From contig JAJYLG010000008.1 of assembly GCA_021787985.1 (NCBI GenBank), positions 2,821 through 66,820 on the forward strand: a stretch of 64,000 nucleotides of DNA, read 5' to 3'. The stretch comes from Chloroflexota bacterium. Its GTDB lineage: Bacteria; Chloroflexota; Dehalococcoidia; DSGV01. Below, one piece after another: positions 54,333 through 64,000 of this stretch (the first letter of the stretch is position 1; each line of letters begins with the position of its first letter). Position numbers and translations under genes: made by a program. Under the pieces are notes generated by a model. It did not search any database. It was not told where the DNA came from and worked only from the letters and a program-made list of their open reading frames with translations.

Positions 54333-54977
54333 CTACTCGGCCTCTTCCCCCTCCGCCCGCTTCCGTTCGACGCGCGCCGGCTCGGCCATCTCCTCGGGCG
54401 CGGCCTCGACCTCCTCAGCCGCGATGCCAGTGGTGATGCGGGCGACCACCAGCGCGGGGTCGGTCAGCAGCGCCACCCCGGGCGGGACGCGCAGGTCGCG
54501 CACATGGATCATCGCGTCTGGCGAATCGAGGGTCGTCACGTCGACTTGGATGTGTTGCGGGATGTCACCCGGCAGGCACTCCACCTCCACGGCGGAGAGG
54601 CTGTGGAAGACGGTCAGGTCGGCGGCGGCTGCCGGCGCCTCGCCCACGAAGGCCAGCGGCACCTCGAGGCGCATCTTCTCCTGCATGGAGACAGCCTGGA
54701 AGTCGATGTGGAGCAGGTCGTCGGTCGCCGGGTCGCGGGCGATCTCGCGCACGACCGCGTGTATCGGCTGGCCGTCGCCGGCGATGCGGAGCTCGATGAG
54801 CGAGGTGCGCGCCACGTGGCGGAGCGACCGCAGGAGCTGGTCCGTCTTTACCTGGACGGCGCGCGACTCAAACCGGTGCCCATAGACGTGGCCCGGGGTG
54901 ATGCCCGCGCGGCGCAGGTGGCGGACTCGCTTGCCGAGCACCACGCGCGGCTCGACGTCGAGAGTGATAGCTGCCAT
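54333..54977 (-). CDS. rplY: 50S ribosomal protein L25/Ctc
   Basis: R.V.GK....LRR.G..PG.VYG, HIDFQ and EVECLPGDIP..I.VD. Confidence 0.93.
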   Translation of the reverse strand: MAAITLDVEPRVVLGKRVRHLRRAGITPGHVYGHRFESRAVQVKTDQLLRSLRHVARTSLIELRIAGDGQPIHAVVREIARDPATDDLLHIDFQAVSMQEKMRLEVPLAFVGEAPAAAADLTVFHSLSAVEVECLPGDIPQHIQVDVTTLDSPDAMIHVRDLRVPPGVALLTDPALVVARITTGIAAEEVEAAPEEMAEPARVERKRAEGEEAE

Positions 54978-55025
54978 GGTGGGCGTGACCTCCGTGATAT
55001 TGGGCAGGATGAGTGTGGGGAGCCG

Positions 55026-55403
55026 TCAGGCGAGCGTGCGTCGCAGCCAGCGAAGCGCGGCCCGCGCCAGGAAGTACCCCGCGCCGAAGGCGAGCGCGCC
55101 GCGCATGTCGAAGAGCGCGCGCACGTCGCCGCGCGAACGCAGCGACACGACGACCAGCGCACGCGTCTGTGTGCACTCGACCTCGCGCGCCGCCAGCACG
55201 CCGACGTTGCTCGATTCCACCCGCGCATAGCCGGCACGAACCAGCCCCGCCGCGCTCCCCGTGAGCCGAGCGTGCTCGGCGGCGAGCTGGCGCACCGCGC
55301 TTGCCTCGGCGTGCACGTCCTCCCCGTGGACCTCGCGCACCGCCGAGGCGCGAACTTCGACTCGCTCCGCGCCTGCGCCGCCGATGCTGCCGTTGTGGTT
55401 CAC
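55026..55403 (-). CDS. Hypothetical protein with repetitive V/A beta-strand pattern and a C-terminal TM helix
   Basis: GTG 55403 after a purine-rich RBS, repeated V....SAV..V.A motif and a hydrophobic C-terminus. Confidence 0.5.
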   Translation of the reverse strand: MNHNGSIGGAGAERVEVRASAVREVHGEDVHAEASAVRQLAAEHARLTGSAAGLVRAGYARVESSNVGVLAAREVECTQTRALVVVSLRSRGDVRALFDMRGALAFGAGYFLARAALRWLRRTLA

Positions 55404-55573
55404 GACTCGTCCTGCTTCCGGCTGACCGCGGCCACGGGCGACTCCGCGCGGCCGGCAGACTGTGGGCAATGTACCGGACACGGTGACGGCCGGTCAAACG
55501 GCTGGCGTCCGCGCAGCGGGGACGCGGGACGTCGGCTGCGCGGACCGATGGTCTATCTGGCTGACGACCGAGC

Positions 55574-56932
55574 TCAGAGCGCCGCGCGGACGGCGAGGAC
55601 CGCGTCGCGGGTCACCTCCACCACGCGGTCCACCTCGTCGGGCTCGATGATCAGCGGCGGGGCGAAGCAGATCGCCTCGTTGCGATGGCGCGTGATGACG
55701 CCGCGGGCGCGCATCTCCGCGACGACCCTGGCGCCCACGCCACCGGGCGGGTCGAAAGGCGCGCCGCTGGCCTTGTCACGGACCAGCCCGACGGCGGCCA
55801 GCAGGCCGAGCCCGCGCACGTCGCCGACGATGTCGATGTCGTCGAGCGACTTCAGCCCGTTGAGCAGCCGCTCGCCCATCCGGGCAGCGTTCTCGGCCAG
55901 GCGTTCTTCCTTGAGGATCTGGAGGTGGCGCAACGCCACCGCGCACGACACCGGGTGACCCGACGCCGTGAACGTGTGCATGAACTTGAGGCTCGGTGGC
56001 GCCGACACCATCGCCTCCAGAATGCGGTCGGAGACGAAGGTGGCGCCCAGCGGCGTATAGCCGGAGTTGATGCCCTTGGCCACGCTCATCAGGTCCGGCT
56101 CGATGCCCCAGCGGGTCAGGGCGAACCAGTCGCCCGTGCGCCCGAAGCCGGTGATCACCTCATCCGCGATCAAGAGGATGTCGTGGCGGTCGCACAGGTC
56201 GCGCAGCGCGCGCCAGTAGTCCGGCGGCGGCGGGATCACGCCGCCCGCGCCCTGCACCGGCTCCGCGATGACGGCCGCGATCGTGTCCGCGCCCTCACGC
56301 TCGATGATCGCTTCGATGGAGCGGACGGCGCGTGCGGTGCGATCGCCCCAACCGCGGTCGAGCTGAGCGCGATACTCCCAGGGCGCCTCGGCCTGGAAGA
56401 AACCCGGCATCACCGGACTGAAGTACTCGTGGTAGACCGGCATGCCGGTGGCGCTCATGGTCGCGAACGTGACGCCGTGGTAGGAATCGACCCGCGAGAT
56501 GAACTTGGTCTTGGTTGGCTTTCCGAGCAGCTTCCAGTAGAAGCGCGCGACCTTGAAAGCGCTCTCGTTCGCCTCGCCGCCTCCCGAGCTGAAGAAGACC
56601 GCGTTGAGCGAAGGGTAGGTCACCTCAGCGAGCGCCGCGGCGAGCCGGATCGACGGCTCATTCGCGTAGCCGGTGTAGCTGGACGTGAACGCGACCGCGC
56701 GCATCTGCTCGGCCGCCGCCTCGGCGAGCTCCCGTCGGCCGTGCCCGACGTTGACGTTCCAGAGCGAGGAGAGGCCATCGATGTAGCGGCGGCCTTCCGT
56801 GTCGTAGAGGTAGATCCCTTCGCCGCGCTCGAAGATCAGGGCGTTCCTCTGGGCCTCCCGATGCCAAAGTGGATGGATGAGGTGGGCCAGGTCGAGATCT
56901 TGGAGCTCCTGGTAGCGAGTCGAGGTCGTCAA
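55574..56932 (-). CDS. Class III PLP aminotransferase
   Basis: YIDGLSSLWNVNVGHG, AEPVQGAGG, ADEVITGFGRTG and AKG (PLP Lys). The start (TTG 56932) is uncertain. Confidence 0.9.
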   Translation of the reverse strand: MTTSTRYQELQDLDLAHLIHPLWHREAQRNALIFERGEGIYLYDTEGRRYIDGLSSLWNVNVGHGRRELAEAAAEQMRAVAFTSSYTGYANEPSIRLAAALAEVTYPSLNAVFFSSGGGEANESAFKVARFYWKLLGKPTKTKFISRVDSYHGVTFATMSATGMPVYHEYFSPVMPGFFQAEAPWEYRAQLDRGWGDRTARAVRSIEAIIEREGADTIAAVIAEPVQGAGGVIPPPPDYWRALRDLCDRHDILLIADEVITGFGRTGDWFALTRWGIEPDLMSVAKGINSGYTPLGATFVSDRILEAMVSAPPSLKFMHTFTASGHPVSCAVALRHLQILKEERLAENAARMGERLLNGLKSLDDIDIVGDVRGLGLLAAVGLVRDKASGAPFDPPGGVGARVVAEMRARGVITRHRNEAICFAPPLIIEPDEVDRVVEVTRDAVLAVRAAL

Positions 56933-57230
56933 TGCCTGCCCCCGGTGAGAGCGGGCGGCGAAACCGCCCGCCCGAGTTGGCTCCATTCTCCCACCCGGCC
57001 GGCCGTGGGCTCAAACCGCGGTGCGACAGGCCGCACGCGCAGCGTGCCGCAGCCCGGGGGGGCGGGTCCGGTATTGACCAGGTTCGCGCATGGGACGCCG
57101 ACGAATAGGCCACCCCTATCGAGGGCATCACAACTAGCGATTGGCTGCTGCGGGCGCACGAACGCTACGCTCGTTGTGGACGCCGGTTCTCGACGCCACT
57201 TGCCATGAGCGGCATCCCGGAGGCGACACC

Positions 57231-58301
57231 GTGAAAGCGGTCGTGTTTGACCAGCATGGCGGGCCTGAGGTCCTGCACCACAGCGAGGTTCCGGAGCCCG
57301 AGCTGACGCCCAATGAGGTGATCGTCAAGGTTCGGGCGGCAGCCTGCAACTTCAACGACATCTGGGCACGCCGCGGGCTTCCGGGCATGAAGGTGATCCT
57401 GCCGCACGTGTCGGGTTCGGATGTCGCTGGCGAAGTCGTAGCCGTCGGCTCGGAGGTCGGTCAGGGGGACCGGGCCACAGGCTTCAACAACCTGCCGATC
57501 AAGGTCGGCGATGAGGTCGTGGTGCACTGCGGGCTGTCCTGCCGGGTGTGTGAGGCGTGCACGCGTGGCGACGAGTTCTTTTGCAAACAGTTCAAGATCT
57601 GGGGCTTCCAGACCGGTCCGCTCGACGGCGGCCATGCCGAGTACATTCGCATCCCGGCGGCAAACCTGCTGCCCAAGCCGAAGAACCTCTCCTGGGAGGC
57701 TGCGGCCTCGATCCCACTGGTGCTGGTAACCGTGTGGCGCATGCTGGTCACCCGCGCCCGCATCCGGCCGAACGACTCGGTGCTCATCTGGGGCGCGGCG
57801 GGGGGCCTGGGCTCGATGGCGGTCCAGATCGCGCGACTGTTCAACGCCCATCCGATCGCCGTGATCGGCAGCAGTAAGAAGGAGGAGTTCGTCCGCTGCC
57901 TGGGCGCGGAGCACGTGATCGACCGCTCGCGCGAGAGCGTGCCCGAGGCGGTCAAGCGCATCACCGACCGGCGTGGCGTCGACATCGTGTTCGAGCACAC
58001 CGGCGCTGAGACCTGGCAGGATGGCGTACAGTCGCTGCGCTGGGGCGGCACCCTGGTCACCTGTGGCGCCACCACCGGCTTCATCGGCCAGACCGACATC
58101 CGCTTCTTGTGGAACAAGCAGATGAATCTCCTCGGCTCCCACCTCGGAAACAAGGGCGAGCTGATCGACGCGATGAAGTTCGTGGAGTCGGGACACATTC
58201 GGCCGGTCGTGCATCGCACGCTGCCGCTGAGGGATGCCGCCGAGGCCCAGCGGATCATGGAGAATGCGGAGGTGCAGGGCAAGCTCGTCCTCGTGCCCTG
58301 A
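57231..58301 (+). CDS. Zn-binding medium-chain dehydrogenase/enoyl-CoA reductase-like protein
   Basis: GroES domain, structural Zn motif C..C..C......C, CNFND in place of the catalytic-Zn CHSD, and [11 protein letters not shown] 57231 follows GGAGG. Confidence 0.85.
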   Translation: MKAVVFDQHGGPEVLHHSEVPEPELTPNEVIVKVRAAACNFNDIWARRGLPGMKVILPHVSGSDVAGEVVAVGSEVGQGDRATGFNNLPIKVGDEVVVHCGLSCRVCEACTRGDEFFCKQFKIWGFQTGPLDGGHAEYIRIPAANLLPKPKNLSWEAAASIPLVLVTVWRMLVTRARIRPNDSVLIWGAAGGLGSMAVQIARLFNAHPIAVIGSSKKEEFVRCLGAEHVIDRSRESVPEAVKRITDRRGVDIVFEHTGAETWQDGVQSLRWGGTLVTCGATTGFIGQTDIRFLWNKQMNLLGSHLGNKGELIDAMKFVESGHIRPVVHRTLPLRDAAEAQRIMENAEVQGKLVLVP

Positions 58302-58323
58302 CCGCTTGCCGCGAGGTGGCTCC

Positions 58324-60000
58324 ATGAACGACGGCCGTGAGCTGGAACGGATCGACCGGGCGCTGCACGCCTGGGAAGAGGGGACGCTGGGGAAAGCGCT
58401 GGGCCGCTCGCCCGAGCGACAGGAGCGGTTCGCGACGTCGAGCGTGGAGGCACGGCGGCTCTACACGCCCCTGGACACGGCGGAGGTCGACTACTCGCGC
58501 GACATCGGCTTTCCCGGTGAGTATCCCTACACGCGCGGCATCCAGCCGACGATGTATCGCGGCCGGCTGTGGACGATGCGCCAGTACGCCGGATACGGCA
58601 CGGCTGAGGAGTCGAACCAACGCTTCCGCTACCTGCTCTCGCAAGGACAGACTGGCCTCTCCGTGGCGTTCGACCTGCCGACACAGCTCGGCTACGACAG
58701 CGACGATCCGATCGCGGCGGATGAGGTCGGCCAGGTCGGTGTCGCCATCGACTCCCTGGCCGACATGGAGACGCTCTTCGCCGGCATCCCGCTGGACCGC
58801 GTCTCCACCTCGATGACGATCAACGCGCCGGCGCCGATCCTGGTGGCGATGTACGTGGCCGTCGGAAAGAAGCAGGGCGTCCGCCCGGACCAGCTCGACG
58901 GAACAGCCCAGAATGACGTGCTCAAGGAGTACGTGGCGCGCGGGACGTACATCTACCCGCCGCGAGCGTCGCTCCGCCTCGCCGGGGACCTGATCGCCTA
59001 CTGCGCGCGGGACGTGCCGAAGTTCAACAGCATCTCCATCTCTGGCTACCACATCCGCGACGCCGGCTCGACCGCCGTGCAAGAGATCGCCTTCACCTTC
59101 GCCAACGCGCTCGAGTACATCGTCGCCGCACAGCGCGCGGGCGCGGATGTGGACGGGTTCGCGCCGCGGATTTCGTGGATCTTCAACACGCATAACCACT
59201 TCTTCGAGGAGGTGGCCAAGTACCGGGCGCTGCGCCGACTGTGGGCCCGGATCATGCGTGAGCGCGTCGGTGCGAAAGACCCTCGCTCGTGGATGCTGCG
59301 CACGCACAGCCAGACCGGTGGCTCGACGCTGATGGCACAGCAGCCGGAGAACAACATCGTGCGCGCGGCGATCCAGGCGCTGGCGGCCGTGCTGGGCGGT
59401 GTGCAGTCGATCGCGCTGTCGTGCTACGACGAAGCGCTGGCGCTGCCCACCGAGGAGGCGCAGCGGATTGCCCTGCGCACGCAGCAGGTCATCGCGCACG
59501 AGTCCGGCGCCGCCGACGTGGTGGACCCGCTGGGCGGCTCGTGGTACGTGGAGCGGCTGACGTCCGAGCTGGAACAGGGCGCGGAGGCGCTGATGGCGGA
59601 GATCGAGTCGATGGGCGGCGCCGTCGCCGTCATCGAGTCCGGCTGGATGCAGCGGCAGATCCAGGACGCCGCCTATCGCTACCAGCAGGCGATCGAGGCC
59701 GGAGGCCAGGTGATCGTCGGCGTGAACCGGTACCGGGTGGAGTCGGAGGAGGCGAAGATCATCTTTCGCGTCGACCCACGGCTGCGCGACGCCCAGTTGG
59801 AGCGTCTGCGGCGGCTGCGGGGGGAGCGCGATGGGACGGCCGCGGGGGCCGCGCTGGCGCGGCTCGAGGAAGCCTGCCGGGACGAGGGCAATGTGATGCC
59901 CGCGATCCTCGAGGCGGTCGAGGCGTACGCCACGCTGGGCGAGATCAGCGGCGCGATGCGCCGGGTGTTCGGCGAGTACCGGGCACCAGTGGCCGTATGA
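58324..60000 (+). CDS. B12-dependent acyl-CoA mutase, substrate-binding (large) subunit
   Basis: [55 protein letters not shown] and DPLGGS. There is no DxH cobalamin-binding domain. Confidence 0.9.
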   Translation: MNDGRELERIDRALHAWEEGTLGKALGRSPERQERFATSSVEARRLYTPLDTAEVDYSRDIGFPGEYPYTRGIQPTMYRGRLWTMRQYAGYGTAEESNQRFRYLLSQGQTGLSVAFDLPTQLGYDSDDPIAADEVGQVGVAIDSLADMETLFAGIPLDRVSTSMTINAPAPILVAMYVAVGKKQGVRPDQLDGTAQNDVLKEYVARGTYIYPPRASLRLAGDLIAYCARDVPKFNSISISGYHIRDAGSTAVQEIAFTFANALEYIVAAQRAGADVDGFAPRISWIFNTHNHFFEEVAKYRALRRLWARIMRERVGAKDPRSWMLRTHSQTGGSTLMAQQPENNIVRAAIQALAAVLGGVQSIALSCYDEALALPTEEAQRIALRTQQVIAHESGAADVVDPLGGSWYVERLTSELEQGAEALMAEIESMGGAVAVIESGWMQRQIQDAAYRYQQAIEAGGQVIVGVNRYRVESEEAKIIFRVDPRLRDAQLERLRRLRGERDGTAAGAALARLEEACRDEGNVMPAILEAVEAYATLGEISGAMRRVFGEYRAPVAV

Positions 60001-60058
60001 GCGAGGGGGACTGACGCCAGCCCGTGCGTAGGGCCGGCGTGGAGCAGGAGGTAGGTCG

Positions 60059-60808
60059 ATGGGACCGCTGACAGGCAAGGTCGCGGTGGTCACCGGTGCA
60101 TCTCGAGGGCTCGGTCGCTCGATCGCGTTCGAGCTGGCGAGCAGCGGTGCGCAGGTAGCCGTCAACTACAACACGAGCGCCGAGCCTGCCATGGAGGTCG
60201 CGCGCTGCATCAGCTCCGACGGGTCGCGCGCCGTCACGGTCCAGGCCGACGTGTCGCGCGAGGAGGACGTCCGCCGCATGGTGGACGAGGTGGTTCAGGA
60301 GTTCGGCGGGGTGGACATCCTGGTGAACAACGCGGGTATCAACCGCGACCGGACGCTGCGCAAGATGACTTCTGCTGAGTGGCACGAAGTCATGCGCACG
60401 AACCTGGACTCGGTCTTCTACTGCACGCAGGCGGTGGTCCCGCACATGAGCCAGCGCGGCGGGGGCGTCGTGGTCAACATGTCGAGCATCATCGGCCGGA
60501 TGGGCAATGTCGGGCAGGCGAACTACGCCGCCTCGAAGGCCGGCATGATCGGCTTCACCAAGGCGGCGGCGCGCGAGCTGGCGCGCGATAACATCCGCGT
60601 GGTGGCGGTGTGCCCCGGCTTCGTCGAGACGGACATGCTCGCCGGCGTGCCGGAGCAGGCCCGCGAGCGGCTGCTGACACAGGTGCCGCTGGGCCGGTTT
60701 GGGAAGCCGGGGGACGTGGCGCGGCTGGTCCGCTTCCTGTGCAGCGAGGCCGGTTGGATGACCGGCGCGATCCTCGACCTGAACGGCGGACACTACATCC
60801 CGAGCTGA
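60059..60808 (+). CDS. SDR oxidoreductase, PhaB/FabG-like (acetoacetyl-CoA reductase-like)
   Basis: TGASRGLG, NNAGINRD..LRKM, GQANYAASK and PGF.ETDM. Confidence 0.88.
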   Translation: MGPLTGKVAVVTGASRGLGRSIAFELASSGAQVAVNYNTSAEPAMEVARCISSDGSRAVTVQADVSREEDVRRMVDEVVQEFGGVDILVNNAGINRDRTLRKMTSAEWHEVMRTNLDSVFYCTQAVVPHMSQRGGGVVVNMSSIIGRMGNVGQANYAASKAGMIGFTKAAARELARDNIRVVAVCPGFVETDMLAGVPEQARERLLTQVPLGRFGKPGDVARLVRFLCSEAGWMTGAILDLNGGHYIPS

Positions 60809-60907
60809 CATCGGGGGGGAGGGGTGAGCGCGCGGGGGTACGCCTTCTCCAGCCGGCCCCCGCGCGCTACCTTTGCCGTGGGCCGATTGCCCCGATCGGA
60901 GGCGCAG

Positions 60908-61906
60908 ATGACCACCGTCGAACAGGCCGCCAGCTCGCCTGCGCGCTCGTTCCGGCGCGAGCTGCCCACCGTCCGCGCGGCCGTCATCCAGGCGGAGTCG
61001 CCATTCCTGGACATCGATGCCGGCGTGGAGAAGGCGTGTCGGCTGATCGAGGAGGCACGTCGAGGCGGGGCGCGCGTGATCGCCTTCCCGGAGACCTGGC
61101 TGCCTGGCTATCCGTTCTGGCTGTGGACCGAGCGCACGATCTCCTCCGGCCTCTTCCTCGACTTGTTCGAGAACGCCGTCGAGATCCCCGGCCGGGTGAC
61201 CGAGACGCTCGGCGAGGCAGCGCGGCGCGCCGGAGCGTGGACCGTCATCGGAGTGAACGAGCGAACGACACTGGTCCCGGGAACGCTCTACAATACCCAG
61301 CTCTTCCTCGCGCCGGACGGCTCGGTCGCGCTGGCGCGGCGCAAGGTGATGCCGACGCACGTGGAGCGCACCGTGTGGGGCTGGGGTGGCGCCGAGGGGT
61401 TGCGGGTGCTCGACACGCCCGCCGGCCGGCTCGGCGGGCTCATCTGCTGGGAGCACGAGATGCCACTGGTGCGCCAGGCGTTGCACGAGCAGGGCGAGCA
61501 GGTGCACGTCGCCGCCTGGCCGGCGATGCGCAGCCAGAACAAGCACATCGACTTCGGCTGTCGGCAGTACGCCTTCGAGGGCGCCTGCTTCGTCCTGGTT
61601 GCGGGCGGACTGTTCGACCCCGCTCGCTGGGAAGGACGGTTCGGGCAGCAGACCGGTCGCGCGGCGGCCAACGGCGGCTCGGCGATCATCGCGCCATCGG
61701 GCGAGTACCTGGCGGGGCCGGTCTACGATGCAGAGGTGGTGCTGTACGCGGACCTGGACCTGCGGATGTGCGCACAGCACAAGTACTGGGTGGACGTGGC
61801 CGGTCACTACCATCGCCCCGACCTGCTGCGGCTCGACTGGCCCGCGGGCCGGCCGTACGAGGGCGGGACGCGTCCGGAGGTGGAGGAGCCGGCGGACGAG
61901 GAGTGA
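60908..61906 (+). CDS. Nitrilase (carbon-nitrogen hydrolase)
   Basis: E-K-C triad in FPETW.PGYP, RRKVMPT..ER and LICWEH, plus DVAGHY.RPD. The start may be GTG 60824. Confidence 0.88.
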   Translation: MTTVEQAASSPARSFRRELPTVRAAVIQAESPFLDIDAGVEKACRLIEEARRGGARVIAFPETWLPGYPFWLWTERTISSGLFLDLFENAVEIPGRVTETLGEAARRAGAWTVIGVNERTTLVPGTLYNTQLFLAPDGSVALARRKVMPTHVERTVWGWGGAEGLRVLDTPAGRLGGLICWEHEMPLVRQALHEQGEQVHVAAWPAMRSQNKHIDFGCRQYAFEGACFVLVAGGLFDPARWEGRFGQQTGRAAANGGSAIIAPSGEYLAGPVYDAEVVLYADLDLRMCAQHKYWVDVAGHYHRPDLLRLDWPAGRPYEGGTRPEVEEPADEE

Positions 61907-61963
61907 GCCCGGCCTGCCGTGCGCGGAGGGGAGGCGCAGTCAGGCGACATAAGGAGGATACAC

Positions 61964-63148
61964 GTGAACGAAGCCGTCATCGTTAGCGCGGCGCGGACGC
62001 CGATCGGCACCTTCGGCGGTGTCTTCACCGACGTTCCGGCCACGACGCTGGGCGAGGTGGCCATCCGCGCGGCCCTGGAGCGCGCCGAGGTCGAGCCGTC
62101 AGCGGTCGACGAGGTGATCATGGGCAACGTCCTGCAGGCGGGCCTGGGGATGAACCCGGCACGGCAGGCGGCGCTGGCGGCAGGTATCCCCGACTCGGTC
62201 CCGGCGATGACGATCAACTTCGTCTGCGGCTCGGGTTTGCGCGCCGTCGCGCTGGCGGCGCAGGCGATCCGGCAGGGCGACGCTGAGATCGTGGTGGCCG
62301 GCGGTATGGAGAACATGAGCCGCGCGCCGTACCTGCTACAGAACGCGCGCTTCGGCTACCGAATGAACGACGGCACGCTCCACGACAGCATGACCACGGA
62401 TGGTTTGACCTGCGCCCTGGAGCACTGCCACATGGGCGTCACTGCCGAGAACGTGGCGGCCGACTGGGGCGTGAGCCGCGAGGACCAGGACGCCTTCGCC
62501 CTCGAAAGCCAGCGACGGGCCGCCGCGGCCTGGGAGGCGGGCCGCTTCGCCGACGAGGTCGTGCCGGTGACCGTGCCCGGCCGCAAAGGCAGTATGACCG
62601 TGGACCGTGACGAGCATCCGCGACCGCAGACGTCGCGAGAGGCGCTCGCCGGCCTGCGGTCCGCGTTCAAGCGGGACGGTACGGTGACGGCCGGGAACGC
62701 TTCGGGGATCAACGATGGCGCCGCTGCGACGGTAGTCATGTCGCGCGCGCGGGCCGTTGAACTGGGGCTGAAGCCGCTGGCTGTCATCCGGTCGTACGCC
62801 TGGGCGGGCGTGGCGCCCCGGGTGATGGGCATCGGTCCGGTGCCGGCGACGCGCAAGGCGCTGGCTCGCGCGGAGATCAGCGCCGAGGACCTGGACCTGG
62901 TCGAGGCGAACGAGGCCTTCGCCGCCCAGTCGGTGGTGGTCGCCCGTGAGCTCGGGCTGGACGCGGCCAAGCTGAACGTCAACGGCGGGGCGATCGCGCT
63001 GGGGCATCCGATCGGGGCTAGCGGCGCGCGCATTCTGACGACGTTGCTGTACGAGATGAAGCGCCGCAACGCGCACCTGGGGCTGGCGACGCTCTGCATC
63101 GGCGGCGGCATGGGCATCGCCATGGTCGTGCAGAACGGCGACCATTGA
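61964..63148 (+). CDS. Acetyl-CoA C-acetyltransferase (thiolase)
   Basis: [19 protein letters not shown] and LCIGGG. GTG start follows AAGGAGG. Confidence 0.93.
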   Translation: MNEAVIVSAARTPIGTFGGVFTDVPATTLGEVAIRAALERAEVEPSAVDEVIMGNVLQAGLGMNPARQAALAAGIPDSVPAMTINFVCGSGLRAVALAAQAIRQGDAEIVVAGGMENMSRAPYLLQNARFGYRMNDGTLHDSMTTDGLTCALEHCHMGVTAENVAADWGVSREDQDAFALESQRRAAAAWEAGRFADEVVPVTVPGRKGSMTVDRDEHPRPQTSREALAGLRSAFKRDGTVTAGNASGINDGAAATVVMSRARAVELGLKPLAVIRSYAWAGVAPRVMGIGPVPATRKALARAEISAEDLDLVEANEAFAAQSVVVARELGLDAAKLNVNGGAIALGHPIGASGARILTTLLYEMKRRNAHLGLATLCIGGGMGIAMVVQNGDH

Positions 63149-63176
63149 CCCCGGGGAGGGGGACAACAAGCGCTGG

Positions 63177-63998
63177 TTAGCCGCGAGGCGCCGCGAAGCC
63201 GCGGTCGCGCAGCGCGCGTTCGAGCTCCGTACGGTCGTCCCAAGGGTGGGCAGTCTCAGCGAAGATGAGCGTGGGCTCGCGGCCCTTGCCGGCCAGCAGC
63301 ACCAGGTCACCGGGCCGCGCGCGGCGTAGCGCCTCGACGATCGCGGCGCGCCGGTCGGCGATCTTGACGTAATCGACGCGCTCCCGGCGCCCGCCCGCCT
63401 CCATCGCCGCGGCGATGCGATGGATGATCGCCATCCGGTCCTCCGTCCGTGGATTCTCGTCGGTGAGCACGGCGAAGTCGGCCAGCTCGGCGGCCACGGC
63501 GCCCATGCCGTCGCGGCGCGCGGGGTCGCGCTCGCCGGCGCAGCCGAAGACCACGATGAGCCGCGACCGGGTGAGCGGCCGCAGGGTGGCGAGCGCCTGG
63601 CGGAAGGAGTCGGCGGTCGAGGCGGCATCGACCACGCAGGTGAACGGCTGCCCCAGGTCGATGATCTCCATCCGGCCGGGCGAGCCGGGGAACGCGCCGA
63701 TCGCGTCGGACACGGTTTCCCACGGCAGGCCGAGCGCCAGCCCGGTCGCCATCGTGGCGAGCGCGTTCTCCACGTTGAAACGGCCGAGCAGCCGCGTACG
63801 CACCTCGCGACGGGTCCCGCGCCAGGCGACGGTGAAGCGGGCGCCGGCCGCGCTGAGCTGTGGCTCGTCGGCCGCCAGATCGGCGGCGAGGCCGATGCCG
63901 TACGTCAGCGCTGGGCGGGAGGTCGCCGAACGCATGCGCGGCCACCACGGGCTGGCCGCGTTGCCGATGGCGAGACGCGGCCACGGCTTCGCCGACGG
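63177..63998 (-). CDS. murE: Mur ligase, MurE-like, 5' partial
   Basis: [30 protein letters not shown] and LLAGKG.E. The frame stays open to the window edge. Confidence 0.75.
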   Translation of the reverse strand, partial: PSAKPWPRLAIGNAASPWWPRMRSATSRPALTYGIGLAADLAADEPQLSAAGARFTVAWRGTRREVRTRLLGRFNVENALATMATGLALGLPWETVSDAIGAFPGSPGRMEIIDLGQPFTCVVDAASTADSFRQALATLRPLTRSRLIVVFGCAGERDPARRDGMGAVAAELADFAVLTDENPRTEDRMAIIHRIAAAMEAGGRRERVDYVKIADRRAAIVEALRRARPGDLVLLAGKGREPTLIFAETAHPWDDRTELERALRDRGFAAPRG

Positions 63999-64000
63999 CG

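Noticed and set aside
56987-57230. Cobalamin riboswitch or operator upstream of the mutase operon (only a 5-bp ATAGG/CCTAT repeat at 57105-57119)
   Set aside because: No B12-box or conserved riboswitch core was recognisable, and the short repeat could arise by chance.
399-63984. Numerous long R/G/A/P-rich overlapping ORFs (for example 8948-10939, 49736-52129, 58255-60165, 7042-8988)
   Set aside because: They are alternative-frame or antisense artefacts overlapping genes with clear family motifs.

Overview
Very GC-rich bacterial DNA (about 70% by eye, not computed). The gene set and order (gatB-yvcK-secG-peptide SBP-fmt-rlmN, PPxTG-type surface protein, AmaP) suggest a monoderm soil-type organism, most likely Chloroflexota (inference). 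The left 15.5 kb is a [NiFe]-hydrogenase island. It holds a crotonase with a HypX-like Tyr/Glu signature, hypE, two maturation proteases and a winged-helix protein with a Cys/His tail. The large and small subunits are separated by four paralogous single-pass membrane proteins, as in group 1l (Hyl) hydrogenases. A CooC-type Ni-insertase ATPase has an in-frame UGA at the first Cys of its CxC motif followed by a SECIS-like hairpin, so it is a probable selenoprotein. A co-directional XRE regulator, FmdE protein and Opp/Nik-type ABC operon lie directly upstream. The middle has an Asp-box secreted protein, tRNA-Leu(TAA), a Ugp-like ABC importer, AmaP, an esterase, an aldo/keto reductase, an HpnA-like epimerase, a MacAB-like exporter, a CLC/DUF1003/KdpDE-like module, a G1 peptidase, an LCP protein, a large DUF11-repeat surface protein and a PAS/GAF protein with no output domain. 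The right part has housekeeping genes, a class III aminotransferase, a partial murE, and a five-gene run: Zn-MDR reductase, atypical B12 acyl-CoA mutase large subunit, PhaB-like SDR, nitrilase and thiolase. No CRISPR array, integrase, transposase or rRNA was seen. All family assignments come from motif recognition, with no database search.
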